This document shows, one piece after another, positions 12,123 through 24,435 of a stretch of 64,000 nucleotides of DNA (position 1 is its first letter; each line of letters starts with the position of its first letter). Below the pieces are notes generated by a model, which was given only the letters and a program-made list of their open reading frames with translations, was not told the DNA's origin and did no database searches. A program made the translations under genes and the position numbers. The stretch spans positions 3,534,001-3,598,000 of the forward strand of contig JAUFOQ010000002.1 of the NCBI GenBank assembly GCA_040285855.1, in the 5' to 3' direction. This DNA is from Eukaryota sp. GEM-RC1 (lineage: Eukaryota).

Positions 12123-15100
12123 TTAATGATTGAGCTCACGTATATGATGGCTGTTTCTATTTTTGGAATGTAACATTGAATCACAAGTAACACATAAATG
12201 ATCAAAACCACAGTATTGACATTTTAAAATTTGTTCTTCAGATGCACAAACCTCACAAAGATGAGCGTTATGAACATTTGAAAAATGACTGGCACATTCA
12301 TTAGGAATTGAGCTATACTGACATGTTGAACATTGATTCAAATGACAAAATCCACAAGTATTTAAAATATTGGTCGCATCACCACACGTATCACAAAATG
12401 GTCTACGTGTTGCCACGTGACGTTCTTTAAAACACGTGTGGAATTCTGTGAAGCAGGCGAAACAAAAAAGAAACTTATTTGAAATATTTTCAGAACACGT
12501 GTGGCAATTAAATGAAGCGTTGGAATCACAAAGAAAACAAACGATTGCAGAATCAACAGTCGTTGATTGATTGTCTGATTGCTGATTATTAATTGACGTG
12601 ATAGACTCAATCAACTCCTTCCTCTTTAAATGTAGAAATTTCAATTTGGTACGAATTAATCGATGGAGTACCATGGAAATGAATATACCAAGGAAAATTG
12701 CAGCAAATAAAGAAAGCAACTTTGAAATATTAAATTGTAGTAGAAAATCTTCTTTCAAGATTCTGTTAAAATCAGTATGATAGGTCACTAAAACACGTTC
12801 AGAAGGTTCGTAGCCATACTTAAAGGCGCTAATTGACACCTCACCTGAAGAAGAAACAACAAGACTTCCACATGATGACGTGTTGGTGACGTGACGATCA
12901 CCTAATTCCCAACAAACATCCACGTCATCAAAGAACCACGTCACGTCATCAAAGTCATCCACAGAAGAAGTGAAGGAAAAGGAGATTGTGGTGGGAGCTT
13001 TAAGAAGAGAACCAGAAGGAGGGAATACTTGAAGAGCAGGTAAAGGAGGAAGTACAAGGAAGGGGGTAGTGGAGGTGAAGGGGAAAGTTCCGTCGAAGAA
13101 ATAAGAGAAAATTTTAAATATTGATGTAGTGGCAGAGGTGATTGTGTAGGTTGATACATCGATGGTAATAGTATGGCAATTTGAAGAAAAGTTAAAATGA
13201 AAAATCTCATTCATAATTTCAATTTCTACAAAAGAAAAAACAGATCGGTCTGAATGGAGGTCAAAACAAATTGAAAATTCCAACTGTTTAAAAATTTGAG
13301 CAAATTTAATTTTAGGTTCCGGAGAGTCATAAGTTAGAAAGTCTTGACATTTTAGCGTTCTGATGCATAGGAATTTAGGACAAATGCAACTACTAAAAAT
13401 TCCAGAAATATTCAAATGTTGAAGAACTGAAGAACGTGTGTAAGAACATTGAAATGTTATATCAGAAATTTGAGGAAAAATGTAGTAAGTATTTCTACCG
13501 GAATCAAAAACTGTAGAAACTTTAAAATTCTCTTCAGTTACATAGTCAAATAATTGAAATAATTGAAAATCATTATTTCCATTAAAATTTTCGTAATGAA
13601 CGGATATATACAATATAGAGGAAAAAGAAGAAGATATTTGACAATACGACGATTCACAAATAAATTTTGAGGATTGTAGATTAGTGGCTTTTTCAAAATT
13701 AGCAACTGAACCATAGATAATAATTTCTGACGATTTTAAATTATCAGCTGAAATTACAAAAATGGACGGAAACGCGTAAACTTCTGAAGTTGTAAAAGCA
13801 AGAGAGTTCTTTACACTGGACACAAGATTATTTAAAATATTCGGAACAATGTTGGTGTGGAATCTGAACGTATCCCCACCAATGAAAAATAAATCAAAAA
13901 AACAATCAGACTCCGATTCAGAATTTGATTGAAGGGGCACAACTGCTGAAAAAGGAAGATCATGAATTTGAAATAATGAATATACTTCTAAATCTTTTGG
14001 AAAAAGCAGCGGTCCACCAACAAGAAATAAATTACTGGAATTATTGAATAAATTTAAATATTGAGGACATATATCAGTTAAAACAATAATTGAATTGATA
14101 GAGACCTCTAAAACATCATTGTAGAACACCTCAAAAGTTAAAATGGGACTAGCATTTAAAAAATTAGAAATTTCCAAAATTCTAAAAGCTGTCTTTGCAA
14201 ACAAGAACAGTTTTCGTTGAAAGATCACAACAGACAACACCACTGTATCATCATCATGATTAATCACAGTCAAAATTGATTGAGCGAGTGAGTTGCGGTC
14301 AAAAAAGCTTTCTGTTTTACCATCAATTCCAGAAGTATTCAGTGAAAATTTAAATATTGTAAAATTGGATTCGATAGGGGGAATTAACAAGTGGTGAAAG
14401 CTGGGATAATACTGACATATTTCATCAATTTCCAAATTTTCCAAATATATTTGATCCACATAACGTCGACATTCCACAATATCATCACCTTCCCTGTAGA
14501 ATCCATAGGGCAACTCAACACAATCAATCACGTCATCATTATTGACCCCTACAATTACTTTCCTTGACAAACACTGAAAGGGACAAGTACCATTCAATGG
14601 GTAAACCTTTCCATCAATTGATACCCCGGGCCAACCCCCCGGTTCAGTGACGACTGCCCTTCTGGAGACTAGTGGAGGGCATAGACGTGGAATTCCATCA
14701 GAGTAGGAGTATGACCCGATTGCTGATGGGAGACATGATTGTGATTGATGGTCAAAAACGAATCCAGAAAGGCAAGTATCATGTGATCTAACGTGAGATT
14801 CAAGAATATTTGAAAAAGAAACTGATACTAGAATTTGTTTTGGTTTTGTAGCAGAGATAAGTTCTTTTAATGGGAAAACTGTGGGATTATAAGGTAAAAA
14901 GTGAAAATAACTCCCATCTAAAGATGATTTTTGATAAATTTGAATATTTTGGAATAAGAAATTGGAGGAATTGGAAAATTGAGGATATTCTGTCAACAAT
15001 TCAGGAAATATTTCAGTGGAAAGAAATTCTGGAAATTTTTCAGGAAAGGTGAACGATAAATCAAACAAATTCAAATCGAACATCAAATGTTCAAAAGAAT

Positions 15101-15836
15101 TGACAATCTTAATTAAATTAGTAATCCACCGATCTTGATCTAAGGAAAGTAAATCACTTTTGATTGACTCAATCCCTGACCAAAATTCTGACTCAGAAAT
15201 GATTGATGATTTACAACGTGAAAATAATGTCAAAAGATTTAAAGACAATAATGATCTGAGCTCCACTTTTGATTGGCAATCGTGAAGTGATTGAAGTAAT
15301 GGAAATTGTTCAAAAAAGTAGGAAATATTCGAAATGGAGTCAAACTCATCATTTGAAATATCATACAAATTTTCATATAAATATTTGAACGATTTTAAAA
15401 ATTGTAACACTGAGTTATTGGTAGAATCAGCAACCTGTTGATTGAGTAATACATTTTGCTTCAAAATATTGGAGAGAAATTTGAAATTTTCAAGAGATGA
15501 TGACTGCCACGTAGGCAAGGCCTCATCATTTCGGAAACAGTGACCTAAAAGTCCAGGAGAGAGGTCAACACATCCCGCACTGTCATGGAAGCAGTGTAGT
15601 TGATGATTAAAGAATAGAACTCCTGAAGCAGTTGGAAGAGTAAACTTCAAGAGAGAAGATCGAAGAAGGGAAGGTGGTTGCCTGGTTGAAAGAGTTTGGC
15701 AGAAGTGAGAGTCAGAAGAAGGAGAAAGGTAGAAGACGTTGTCAGGTTCGTCATCAAAGGGAGGAAGTATATCGGATAAGAGCAGAACTATCGAGGACTG
15801 TACAAGATACAAGAATAGAACAAACACCAGAATCAT
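12123..15836 (-). CDS. Large type-I membrane protein with C-terminal B-box-like zinc fingers
   Basis: Hydrophobic N-terminal signal, Cys-rich ectodomain, one TM (LLSLFAAIFLGIFISMVL), then CFLC..C..C...CFACFTEFH and CEVC...CQYC...LCVTCDSMLH...H. Intact 1237-aa ORF. Confidence 0.75.
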   Translation of the reverse strand: MILVFVLFLYLVQSSIVLLLSDILPPFDDEPDNVFYLSPSSDSHFCQTLSTRQPPSLLRSSLLKFTLPTASGVLFFNHQLHCFHDSAGCVDLSPGLLGHCFRNDEALPTWQSSSLENFKFLSNILKQNVLLNQQVADSTNNSVLQFLKSFKYLYENLYDISNDEFDSISNISYFFEQFPLLQSLHDCQSKVELRSLLSLNLLTLFSRCKSSIISESEFWSGIESIKSDLLSLDQDRWITNLIKIVNSFEHLMFDLNLFDLSFTFPEKFPEFLSTEIFPELLTEYPQFSNSSNFLFQNIQIYQKSSLDGSYFHFLPYNPTVFPLKELISATKPKQILVSVSFSNILESHVRSHDTCLSGFVFDHQSQSCLPSAIGSYSYSDGIPRLCPPLVSRRAVVTEPGGWPGVSIDGKVYPLNGTCPFQCLSRKVIVGVNNDDVIDCVELPYGFYREGDDIVECRRYVDQIYLENLEIDEICQYYPSFHHLLIPPIESNFTIFKFSLNTSGIDGKTESFFDRNSLAQSILTVINHDDDTVVLSVVIFQRKLFLFAKTAFRILEISNFLNASPILTFEVFYNDVLEVSINSIIVLTDICPQYLNLFNNSSNLFLVGGPLLFPKDLEVYSLFQIHDLPFSAVVPLQSNSESESDCFFDLFFIGGDTFRFHTNIVPNILNNLVSSVKNSLAFTTSEVYAFPSIFVISADNLKSSEIIIYGSVANFEKATNLQSSKFICESSYCQISSSFSSILYISVHYENFNGNNDFQLFQLFDYVTEENFKVSTVFDSGRNTYYIFPQISDITFQCSYTRSSVLQHLNISGIFSSCICPKFLCIRTLKCQDFLTYDSPEPKIKFAQIFKQLEFSICFDLHSDRSVFSFVEIEIMNEIFHFNFSSNCHTITIDVSTYTITSATTSIFKIFSYFFDGTFPFTSTTPFLVLPPLPALQVFPPSGSLLKAPTTISFSFTSSVDDFDDVTWFFDDVDVCWELGDRHVTNTSSCGSLVVSSSGEVSISAFKYGYEPSERVLVTYHTDFNRILKEDFLLQFNISKLLSLFAAIFLGIFISMVLHRLIRTKLKFLHLKRKELIESITSINNQQSDNQSTTVDSAIVCFLCDSNASFNCHTCSENISNKFLFCFACFTEFHTCFKERHVATRRPFCDTCGDATNILNTCGFCHLNQCSTCQYSSIPNECASHFSNVHNAHLCEVCASEEQILKCQYCGFDHLCVTCDSMLHSKNRNSHHIRELNH

Positions 15837-16084
15837 AGTTTAGAGGAGATCCTAGGCATAATAGGATTGAGATAGTGCGATGGAGCGGAAAACAAGAAGT
15901 CTCTTGGAATTTGTTGACTTTACGACACGATGATTGATAGATAGAATCATCAGACTGGGTGATTGTTGGTGCATTGATTAGTATCACTTACTGTAAGTGT
16001 ATTCAGCACACTGATCTGTTGATAGAAAAATATAAATATCTTTTAATTACAACTGTGTAATACTTTTTAACCCAATTTTCTTTT

Positions 16085-16800
16085 ATTAAAAATGTAATAG
16101 ATCAAACAACTAATAATTGATATCATTAAAACAACACCCGTCGCTATCGAACCATACAACAGCTTTGTCCTCATAAAAGGAACTCACTGCTAATAAAGCT
16201 TTGGAGATGATTAGGGGAATTGTTTTAAAAACAGTAGAACGATCCGATTCAACCATAACATATGATCAAAACGTTTGTTCATCCTATTTTTTACGATTTT
16301 TCCGAAATCGTTTAAAAAATTCAATGCACTTTTCCTAAACGTCCATTGAGAAAGTGGTCAAAAAAAGAATGAACAAGAAATTTGATTTCAAATTTTGGTT
16401 GAATCGTATTGTTTTTACAATGTTTAAAACAATTCCTATCATGATTTCAAAAGCTCTATTAGCTCTCAGTGTTTTTTATGAAGAAAAAGCTGATGTGAGT
16501 TTTAATGGCAATGATTGTTGCTTTAATGATATTGAATTCTAGTATTTGTGTTTATTTTAATGTTTTTAATAAAGGGGATGTATGTGAAAACGTCCATAAA
16601 TTGAAACGGTAAAAGGGCATAATTCGTACTCAACATGTTTTACATGTTTTAAAGCCATCAATGGTTTTCTGTACTTATCCTGTTTGGCCTGTTCAGAAAT
16701 GTCTAAAGGGACTGTGTAATACTCGAATTGTCTTTAATGGGAGTCAGATTATTTTATTAAATAGGTACAAATATTTTAATTTCTGCTAAGTCCATGGCTA
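16085..16800 (-). mobile_element. RLE non-LTR retrotransposon 3' fragment interrupted by a second copy
   Basis: Minus-strand translation ...AKQDKY...ELCPFTVSIYGR|LGKSALNFLNDF...RMNKRFDHMLWLNR, continuous once 16347-16597 is removed. Outer limits approximate. Confidence 0.7.
16347..16587 (+). mobile_element. Short 5'-truncated RLE retrotransposon insertion
   Basis: Encodes KKFDFKFWLNRIVFTMFKTIP (RLE C-terminal tail). 10-bp TSD AAACGTCCAT (16337-16346, 16588-16597). Confidence 0.8.
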
Positions 16801-17027
16801 TTGATGTTTGGAATGATTTCAACGTGAAGCTTCAAATAAAGTACAGTACCAAAAAAGCGTCAGAAATGTAATGTTGTATACTTCTTCCCCGGGTTTATGT
16901 CCATATTCGGTTTATAACCAGAATGTATACTATTCATTTATTACAAGAAATCAATTTAAAAGCCGAAAAAACGGGTTTCACTTTACCGCAATTAAAGAAA
17001 AAATTAGTTTGTACTACACAATACTAC

Positions 17028-20000
17028 TCAGACATAGCTTGTGGACTGTTTAAACCAAGGGACTCCCCCCTTTTCTAAGGGTGAGAAAGGAGTCATTGAC
17101 AGCTCTAAATCAGCTTTTGTCTTTTGAAGGCGGTTATTTATAGCATTCTTGATTGGTGTTAGTGCCTCTGAATCATCGACATTTGATTGCTCAAATGACG
17201 TATCATAGAGCTCTGCTCGTATATGAGAGATGTTCTCCAAAAAGTCGTGACTCATGACAGACAATCGACTGTAGATTTCTGAGTTGTTTTTGGTTTGTGA
17301 TTTAGAGATTTGTTTCACTTCTGAGATTAGAGCAGTTAGTTTTGTCTGTAGATCTGTGATTTTCTCTAGTTGTTTGGAATCTCCACGAGTAATTTTCTTT
17401 TGGAGATCAGATGCCAAGGTAGACATTGTGGCTGCAAGACGTTTTTCGAACTGTTTTTTCATCAAATCTAAATCAATAGCAGCAATATTTTCATGAATTT
17501 TAGAAATTTCGGAGGTAACTTCACCTTGTGAATCAGAGAATTCAGTCTTTACAGAAGCAATATTTTGATGAATTTTAGAAATTTCGGAGTTAACTTCACC
17601 GGCAATATTTTCATGAATTTTAGAAATTTCAGACTGAACCTGTCCTTGTGAATCAGAGAATTCAGTCTTTACAGAAGCAATATTTTCATGAATTTTAGAA
17701 ATTTCAGACTGAACCTGTCCTTGTGAATCAGAGAATTCAGTCTTTACAGAAGCAATATTTTCATGAATTTTAGAAATTTCAGACTGAACCTGTCCTTGTG
17801 AATCAGAGAATTCAGTCTTTACAGAAGCAATATTTTCATGAATTTTAGAAATTTCAGACTGAACCTGTCCTTGTGAATCAGAGAATTCAATCTTTACAGA
17901 AGCAATATTTTCATGAATTTTAGAAATTTCGGAGGTAACTTCAGCTTGTGAATCAGAGAATTCAGTCTTTACAGAAGCAATATTTTCATGAATTTTAGAA
18001 ATTTCGGAGGTAACTTCAGCTTGTGAATCAGAGAATTCAGTCTTTACAGAAGCAATATTTTCATGAATTTTAGAAATTTCCGTTTGAACCTGTCCATGTG
18101 AATCATTGAATTCAGTCTTTACACCAGCAATATTTTCATGAATTTTAGAAATTTCCGTTTGAACCTGTCCTTGTGAATCATTGAATTCAGTCTTTACACC
18201 AGCAATATTTTCATGAATTTTAGAAATTTCGGATTTAACTTCACCAGCAATATTTTCATGAATTTTAGAAATTTCAGACTGAACCTGTCCTTGTGAATCA
18301 GAGAATTCAGTCTTTACAGAAGCAATATTTTCATGAATTTTAGAAATTTCAGACTGAACCTGTCCTTGTGAATCAGAGATTTCAGTCTTTACAGAAGCAA
18401 TATTTTCAAGAATTTTAGAAATTTCAGACTTAACTTCACCAGCAATATTTTCATGAATTTTAGAAATTTCAGACTTAACTTCACCTTGTGAATGAGAGAA
18501 TTCAGTCTTTACAGAAGCAATATATTCATGAATATTAGAAATTTCAGACTGAACCCGTCCTTGTGAATCAGAGAATTCAGTCTTTACAGAAGCAATATTT
18601 TCATGAATTTTAGAAATTTCAGACTGAACCTGTCCTTGTGAATCAGAGATTTCAGTCTTTACATCATCAATATTGTCATGAATTTTAGAAATTTCGGATT
18701 GAACCTGTCCCTCTCTAGAATCCATCTTATTTGACAAATTCAAAAGTGCTCTTCCAGCATAGACAACCTTCCAATCAGACTCTCATTGATCTCTTTTTGT
18801 AGGTCGCCTTCCCTTTTCAGAGATTGATTCTCTTCAGTCAATGAACTAACTTGTTCTTCCAAGTATTGAGATCTATTCATAAACTCAACCACGTGTTGGT
18901 CTAATCTGTTTTCAACCGTGATTAGACCTTCACCCAAATTACGACAATGAGCCAAGCAATTACCCAACTCAAATTTCAAAATATCTGTAAAAGTCAATAT
19001 TTTCTCAATTGACTCACGATGAACACTTTCCTTTTTCCTTTCAATCAATCGAATATCGTTAACACTTCTAATCAGCTCGCTCCTCAATGACTCATATTGA
19101 CTTACAACTTCAGCTCCTAAATACTCCAATCGCTGGTCGAACTCGGTCACGTCAGCACTAACGAGCTCAATAGAATCTACAGTTGATTGATTTGATTCCC
19201 CAACCCACTGCTCCAAATCAGTCTTGAGCTGTTCTATTTTCTCTTCTGTTGACTTCCGTTGACTGTCGATTGTCTGTTTGACTAAGTTTGATACAGAAGA
19301 GATCATTGCCTTAAACGAGATTTCCTGTTCCTGTAAAGCGACTGCCACGTTCTCCTCAACTTCCTGAACAGAACTTCCTACAGAGGAAATAGTATCATCC
19401 AATAGACTGATGTTAGAATTGATCTCATTGATGACGTCTTCGACTCGTGATTGGAATCCACCTTCCAAATCTGTAACTGACTGTTTGATTGCCTCAATCA
19501 CGTCATACTGAACAGCAATCTTCGTCCGTACGGATACCATTTCAGTATCAACCTTTCTAACCAAATTCTTTCTATAAATCTCCTCTGCACTCAACAATTG
19601 CTTAAATTCTTCCACTCTCGCCTTCATGTTGTCATCAGAAACTCTCTGTATCATTCGTAGGAAACGATCTGATGAAAGAAGAGTTGAAAGGAAGGGATTT
19701 CGACCAGAAGGAAGGTAATCAATGGGTGAGGGATCAAGGTCGTTGATTGAAATTTTTAAATTTTTGTAAATGTGGCGTGATTCTTCTTCCAAGACCATGG
19801 CCAAGTCTAGTGTCAATAACTGAGACGCACAGTTTCCATTGGACAAAACACCTCCAAAAAACACCGCTTTCCCATCTCTAACGGCCACTGACAAAGAATG
19901 ACGTGGCTGTGGAACTGATGACGTCATCGGATCAAAAAGACACTGAGTAAATCTAATTCCAGAGTGATCGTACAACCACAAATCATTTAGAATCTCCTTT

Positions 20001-20803
20001 TCACCGTTACCTCCAAATACTAGCAAATAATGCTTACCTTCAACTACAAATCTAGCTGCTGCGTGGTTGTGACGTGGCGGAGGAGCGAGGGAAACTGGAT
20101 TGATTACTCTGATTGTAGCATGGGAGGCAAATTCACTCAGATTGAATGACGATGAAACGGAAGTAAACAAAATCTCTAAAAGTTGATTGGTTTTGCCATG
20201 TTCATTATAACCCCCAAAGACAATCATCGAGTCATCAATCACGTTTAATGATGAGCCATACCTTCCAGGAACTTTCTCCAGGAGGTTTACTTCGGTCCAA
20301 GAATCAAGAGTAATGTTGTAGACCCACAAGTCACCAAAGTAAAGCATTGGCATACCAGAGGAGTTACGGGGAGTGGAGGAGGATCTGGAAGCACCACCAT
20401 AGAGGACGATACATTCACCAAAGAAGCACATGGAGTGGGAGAAACGAGCGGGAGGAGGAGCAGAGGAAGAGATTAAGCTCCATTCTAGGGTCTTGAGATT
20501 AAGACGGTGGAAGTCGTTGAGAGCGTAAGATTCATGTTCACCTCCAAAAATATAGATGTAGTGGTCGGCACAAACAACTGATTGGAAAGAACGGGGGGAG
20601 GGAGGGGTTCCATTTGTTTGGAGCAATTCAAAGGAAGGAGTTGTAGTGGAAAAGTTGAGTTTATACATATTGTTTGTTTCCTTATGAAGAGAATCGGAAC
20701 CAAAGAGAAGGTACAAGTTTCCCGCAGCATCTGATACTAGAGAGGACCCACGAAGACCTCCAGGAGAGGCAGAGGTACTCAGTTGAGTCCAAGGTGAAGA
20801 CAT
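17028..20803 (-). CDS. Kelch-repeat protein with long coiled-coil repeat tail (one gene, frameshift near 18740)
   Basis: Kelch motifs (PSPRSFQS..YIFGG, PPARFSHS..LYGG, PPPRHNH..VFGG) followed by coiled coil. ORFs 18740-20845 and 17028-18743 overlap by 4 nt at an A4 run. The likely start is MSSPWTQL at 20803. Confidence 0.8.
17480..18712 (-). repeat. Coding tandem repeat, 75-bp (25-aa) units with occasional 45-bp (15-aa) units
   Basis: About 18 copies of the SEISKIHENI core. DNA period is 75 bp (e.g. TGTCCTTGTGAATCAGAG at 17641 and 17716). Confidence 0.95.
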
Positions 20804-20856
20804 GACACGTCTGGGTTGTGAATTTGTTTGAGGGATATTCCCCAACTAAAACCATA

Positions 20857-21414
20857 ATGTCTGAAGCCAAAGAACCAACTCCAGCACCAGCACCTTCTCT
20901 TGTAAGCCAAGTGCGTCAAAACTCAAGACATCCTAAATCTGTCTTGTTTCATGTTCTGTTTAAAGTACTAGCCATAATAATGTGGTTCATGCCCATGACT
21001 CATACAGTAACCAAGTTTGCTATTGTAATTACACTGCTGGCGTTTGACTTTTGGACTGTTAAAAATGTTACCGGTCGTCTTCTAGTTGGTCTTCGATACT
21101 GGAACAAGATAAACGACGACGGATCCTCTGAATGGGTGTTTGAATCTTTAGACGACCCCTCCATCATTTCTCCATCAGATGCACGTTTCTTCTGGACTGT
21201 TCTAATCTCTTATCCTATAATCTGGGTAGCGCTGGTCTTTCTACGAGCTATTCTCTTCATTGGCTTGGACACCTATGTATCTGTGCTCTCCGTCATTGCA
21301 ATTATCTTTGGAACAACTAACGCCGTGGGGTACATCCGTTGCCGAAGAGATGCAAAGAAGAAAGTAGCTGGATATTTGGCATCTAAAGCCTTTGCCCATG
21401 CGTCCAAAGTGTAG
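20857..21414 (+). CDS. TVP23: Golgi membrane protein TVP23/FAM18
   Basis: HP..VLFHVLFK, LAFDFWTVKNVTGRLLVGLRYWN, WVFES, FFW signature. Confidence 0.92.
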   Translation: MSEAKEPTPAPAPSLVSQVRQNSRHPKSVLFHVLFKVLAIIMWFMPMTHTVTKFAIVITLLAFDFWTVKNVTGRLLVGLRYWNKINDDGSSEWVFESLDDPSIISPSDARFFWTVLISYPIIWVALVFLRAILFIGLDTYVSVLSVIAIIFGTTNAVGYIRCRRDAKKKVAGYLASKAFAHASKV

Positions 21415-21565
21415 ATAATTTGTTTAAAGTATAAAATTTATTACTGTTGAAGTGATTAAGGACGGTTCATTTGAACACAAACCTAATATTTTACAGACAC
21501 AGCATCAACATTGAATAATAAATTCTAATACACAACTTTCAAAAAACTAAAGAACAGAGTAATAT

Positions 21566-22527
21566 CTACCTCGCCTTTTTATAATATTTCATCGTGTAGA
21601 AGGTTGCTCCATTGTAAGCTGAGGACAAAATACTCAGAACTATGAACACAACGTGCATTGAACGATATTGGTAGACCAAACGAGCGGGAATCATTGTAGC
21701 AAAGGTATAAAGAACTTGTAGAAGAGCAAACAACAGCCAGTGAAGAGAGTCGGGAACTCGAGAGAAGAAGAAGTGCAGAACAGAACCAGATCGAGAACTC
21801 TTTCGAATCCAACGAAGAGAAGTCATGAGCATATCATCTTCTTTCAGACTTTTTGAAAGGATTTCAGTGGCTACAAGGTATAGTGTTTGCCATAGAAAGT
21901 ACGTAATGAAAGCAAATACATAGGACTGAAGAAAGAAAGTGTCAGGAAGGTCGTTGGGAAGCCTCCACCGCAGGCAAAACATCACCAGAGAAGGTTGTAT
22001 GTGTAGAAAGAGTGACGTGAGTTTGTCTAAATCATGGAAAACTAGAGCATTCTGCCACAGTTGGATAGCAAAAGTCAATGGCCCAACTGCATAAGCGAAA
22101 CAAACTTGGAAAAGCACCACATTGTGACGAAGTAAGACTATGAGAACAACTAACAGAAAGTTAATGAAGTAGCAAAGATCCAAACAAAACCAATGATATT
22201 TGCACTTTCTATAGGAAAAGTAACGAATAAGAACAAGTGGAATCATTGTTGCAACATAAGCCAAAGGATACCATTGAGGATATACGAGAAAAACGAATTC
22301 ACAGATAATTAAGGTACAAATACCTGCCATAAATGAGAAGGAGTTCAAGATCTCAACAGTTTTAGGATTCTTGTTAACTTTGTTGACATGGTGTTTAAGT
22401 TTTTGATAAGATCACGTCGTCGAGTTGAATGCTTATTGGTGTAGGAGAGATTACGAAGAGTGGAAGCCATGTGTTGAGGGGTGTAATGCATCTTGGAAAT
22501 GCTTCTTGAAAAGGGAAGTTCGCACAA
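21566..22527 (-). CDS. GPC1: Glycerophosphocholine acyltransferase-like (GPC1/DUF2838), frameshift near 22346
   Basis: DLCYFIN, GPLTFAIQLWQNALVFHDLDKLTSLFLHIQP, YNGATFY match the family. The upstream ORF 22345-22527 probably supplies the N-terminus. Confidence 0.75.
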
Positions 22528-22648
22528 ACAGATTACAAAAACCAGATACCGACCAAATGTACAGTTGTGTTTTCACACTAACTGCTAAGAACTACTCAGA
22601 ACTACTGAAAGTGTTACAGTTTTTACTTGCCAAAAATATGATGATATA

Positions 22649-23622
22649 CAGTCTTCCCTCGGTTTAGTGCCACCTCGGTTTAGTGCCAAATTTTCGCTTC
22701 CAAACTTTTGTCGATCGATCTTTCCTTCTCTATCGACCGTTGCTTGATCGATCTCCTGTCTATCTATATGTACAATAAACACGCTTACATTCTTTAGTCT
22801 TTGGCTTCACATTTGGAGCCCAACATTAACCTTTCTTCTCCTCACACACTTTCCTTCTGAAAATGCTGTACAAAGAGTCGTCTGTGTTATCTAGACACAC
22901 TCTACACCAAATCACTCCAAAAATGTCCCACTTCCTTTCTTCCTCTGTTCTCATCCTCTGTTTTGATATATATAAGGGTAGATTTGGGAATGTATACAAT
23001 TTGGACTCAACGGGAACATTTTCCGCGGTGACCGGACGACGGCTTTAGTAGAAACGTTTTGCTGGAGGAAGAAGGCACCAAGAACGTTGAATGAACCCAT
23101 ATACCCCCTCAGGGGTTAGAAGATCCTTCGTCTTGAAGGCAACCACATGTTCTTCCCTCTTCGTTGACGGATTTCGCATGTCTATCTCCGTTTTCATTCC
23201 TTCAAACGCTTTCTACACAACGTTCTCGTCTGATTTCTCCTTTCAATTTCTTTCTTTGGGAGGAGATTTTGTCTTCTCCAAGCTTTCTGTTTCTGGGCTG
23301 ATACTTCTTCAGTGATCTCAGATGTACTTGTTGGTCTGGTAAACTTCATTTCTAGCTCTTCGTTGTTCGCTAAAACATCATGAATGATGTCAAATTTCTC
23401 AATGTGTCATTGCCTTTTACTTGAAACCCTTTCTCTCCCATATGATTGCCAATGGTCCCCCACTAGTATCATCAGTAGATGCACGTCAGTCATAGCTTTT
23501 ATTTCACATAACAATAAACATCCATCATCGTCTGTTCACACCGCACGGAACAAACCCTCGATTTAGTGCCGACCTCGATTTAGTGCCGGTCCAAACAGCG
23601 GCACTAAACCGAGGGAAGACTG
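22649..23622. mobile_element. TA-flanked Tc1/mariner/pogo-type non-autonomous element
   Basis: Perfect 23-bp TIR CAGTCTTCCCTCGGTTTAGTGCC. TA on both sides (22647-22648, 23623-23624). Subterminal CCTCG(G/A)TTTAGTGCC repeats. Confidence 0.92.
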
Positions 23623-24435
23623 TAAATCACAAATTCAGAAAGTGTAATAAATAGACACTAATAAATTAGCACATGGTTGAACTGCCACACGTGTGGCCGT
23701 GTGTCATAGCGTTAGATTCTTTTGTTGTATGCGTTTTAATACATACCTTTTTACCTAAAGAGTCAACCGTTTATTTCAAAATTAAGAATTGTTGTGTACA
23801 ACCTTTCAAAATACGTTCAGAATACATATGCTGGGACTATTAATGTGTCTCCTATTTTCATTGTTATGACTTTGATCAAGAAAAAATATGTTCTTACAAA
23901 AAGTCCACTATATGTTGAATTTGCCACATCATGTACTTACTATCAATAAGTTATTAATGATGAATGTTCATGATTTTCATTTGATACATTCGCAATTTCG
24001 CTTGGAAAAGTATTGACCAGCATGAACGTTCTGAATTTTCGAGTTCTTCCAAGTTATAGATGTTTGAGTTGTTATCAAAAGGCTTCTATTAATTGTTATT
24101 GAATTTCTCGTACATGGCATCTGTCGTTAGTTTATGAAGAATATGCAGTATAATAATGTAGTTGCAATCTACAGTACATGTATATCAATTAGTACACCCC
24201 TGCATCACCAAATTGCATATATATAACACTGTCTGATGTTAGTGCGTCGCATCGTTCTCTCTTTCATTGATTCCAATTAACAATTTCAGAAAGTGCAATT
24301 TCTTCCGTGTAATCTGCAATAGTATTAGTGAGCCAGTTAGGTTCGATCATCAATGAATAAATCCTTTTCTGATTTTATGTTCAGCTCTGAATCTCATATG
24401 GCTCAGAAACAAGGTTAACTCCACTAAAGGAAAAA

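Noticed and set aside
17480..18712. Regular repeat array that could be mistaken for CRISPR
   Set aside because: Units are 75 or 45 bp, in frame, with no unique spacers. It is a coding repeat.
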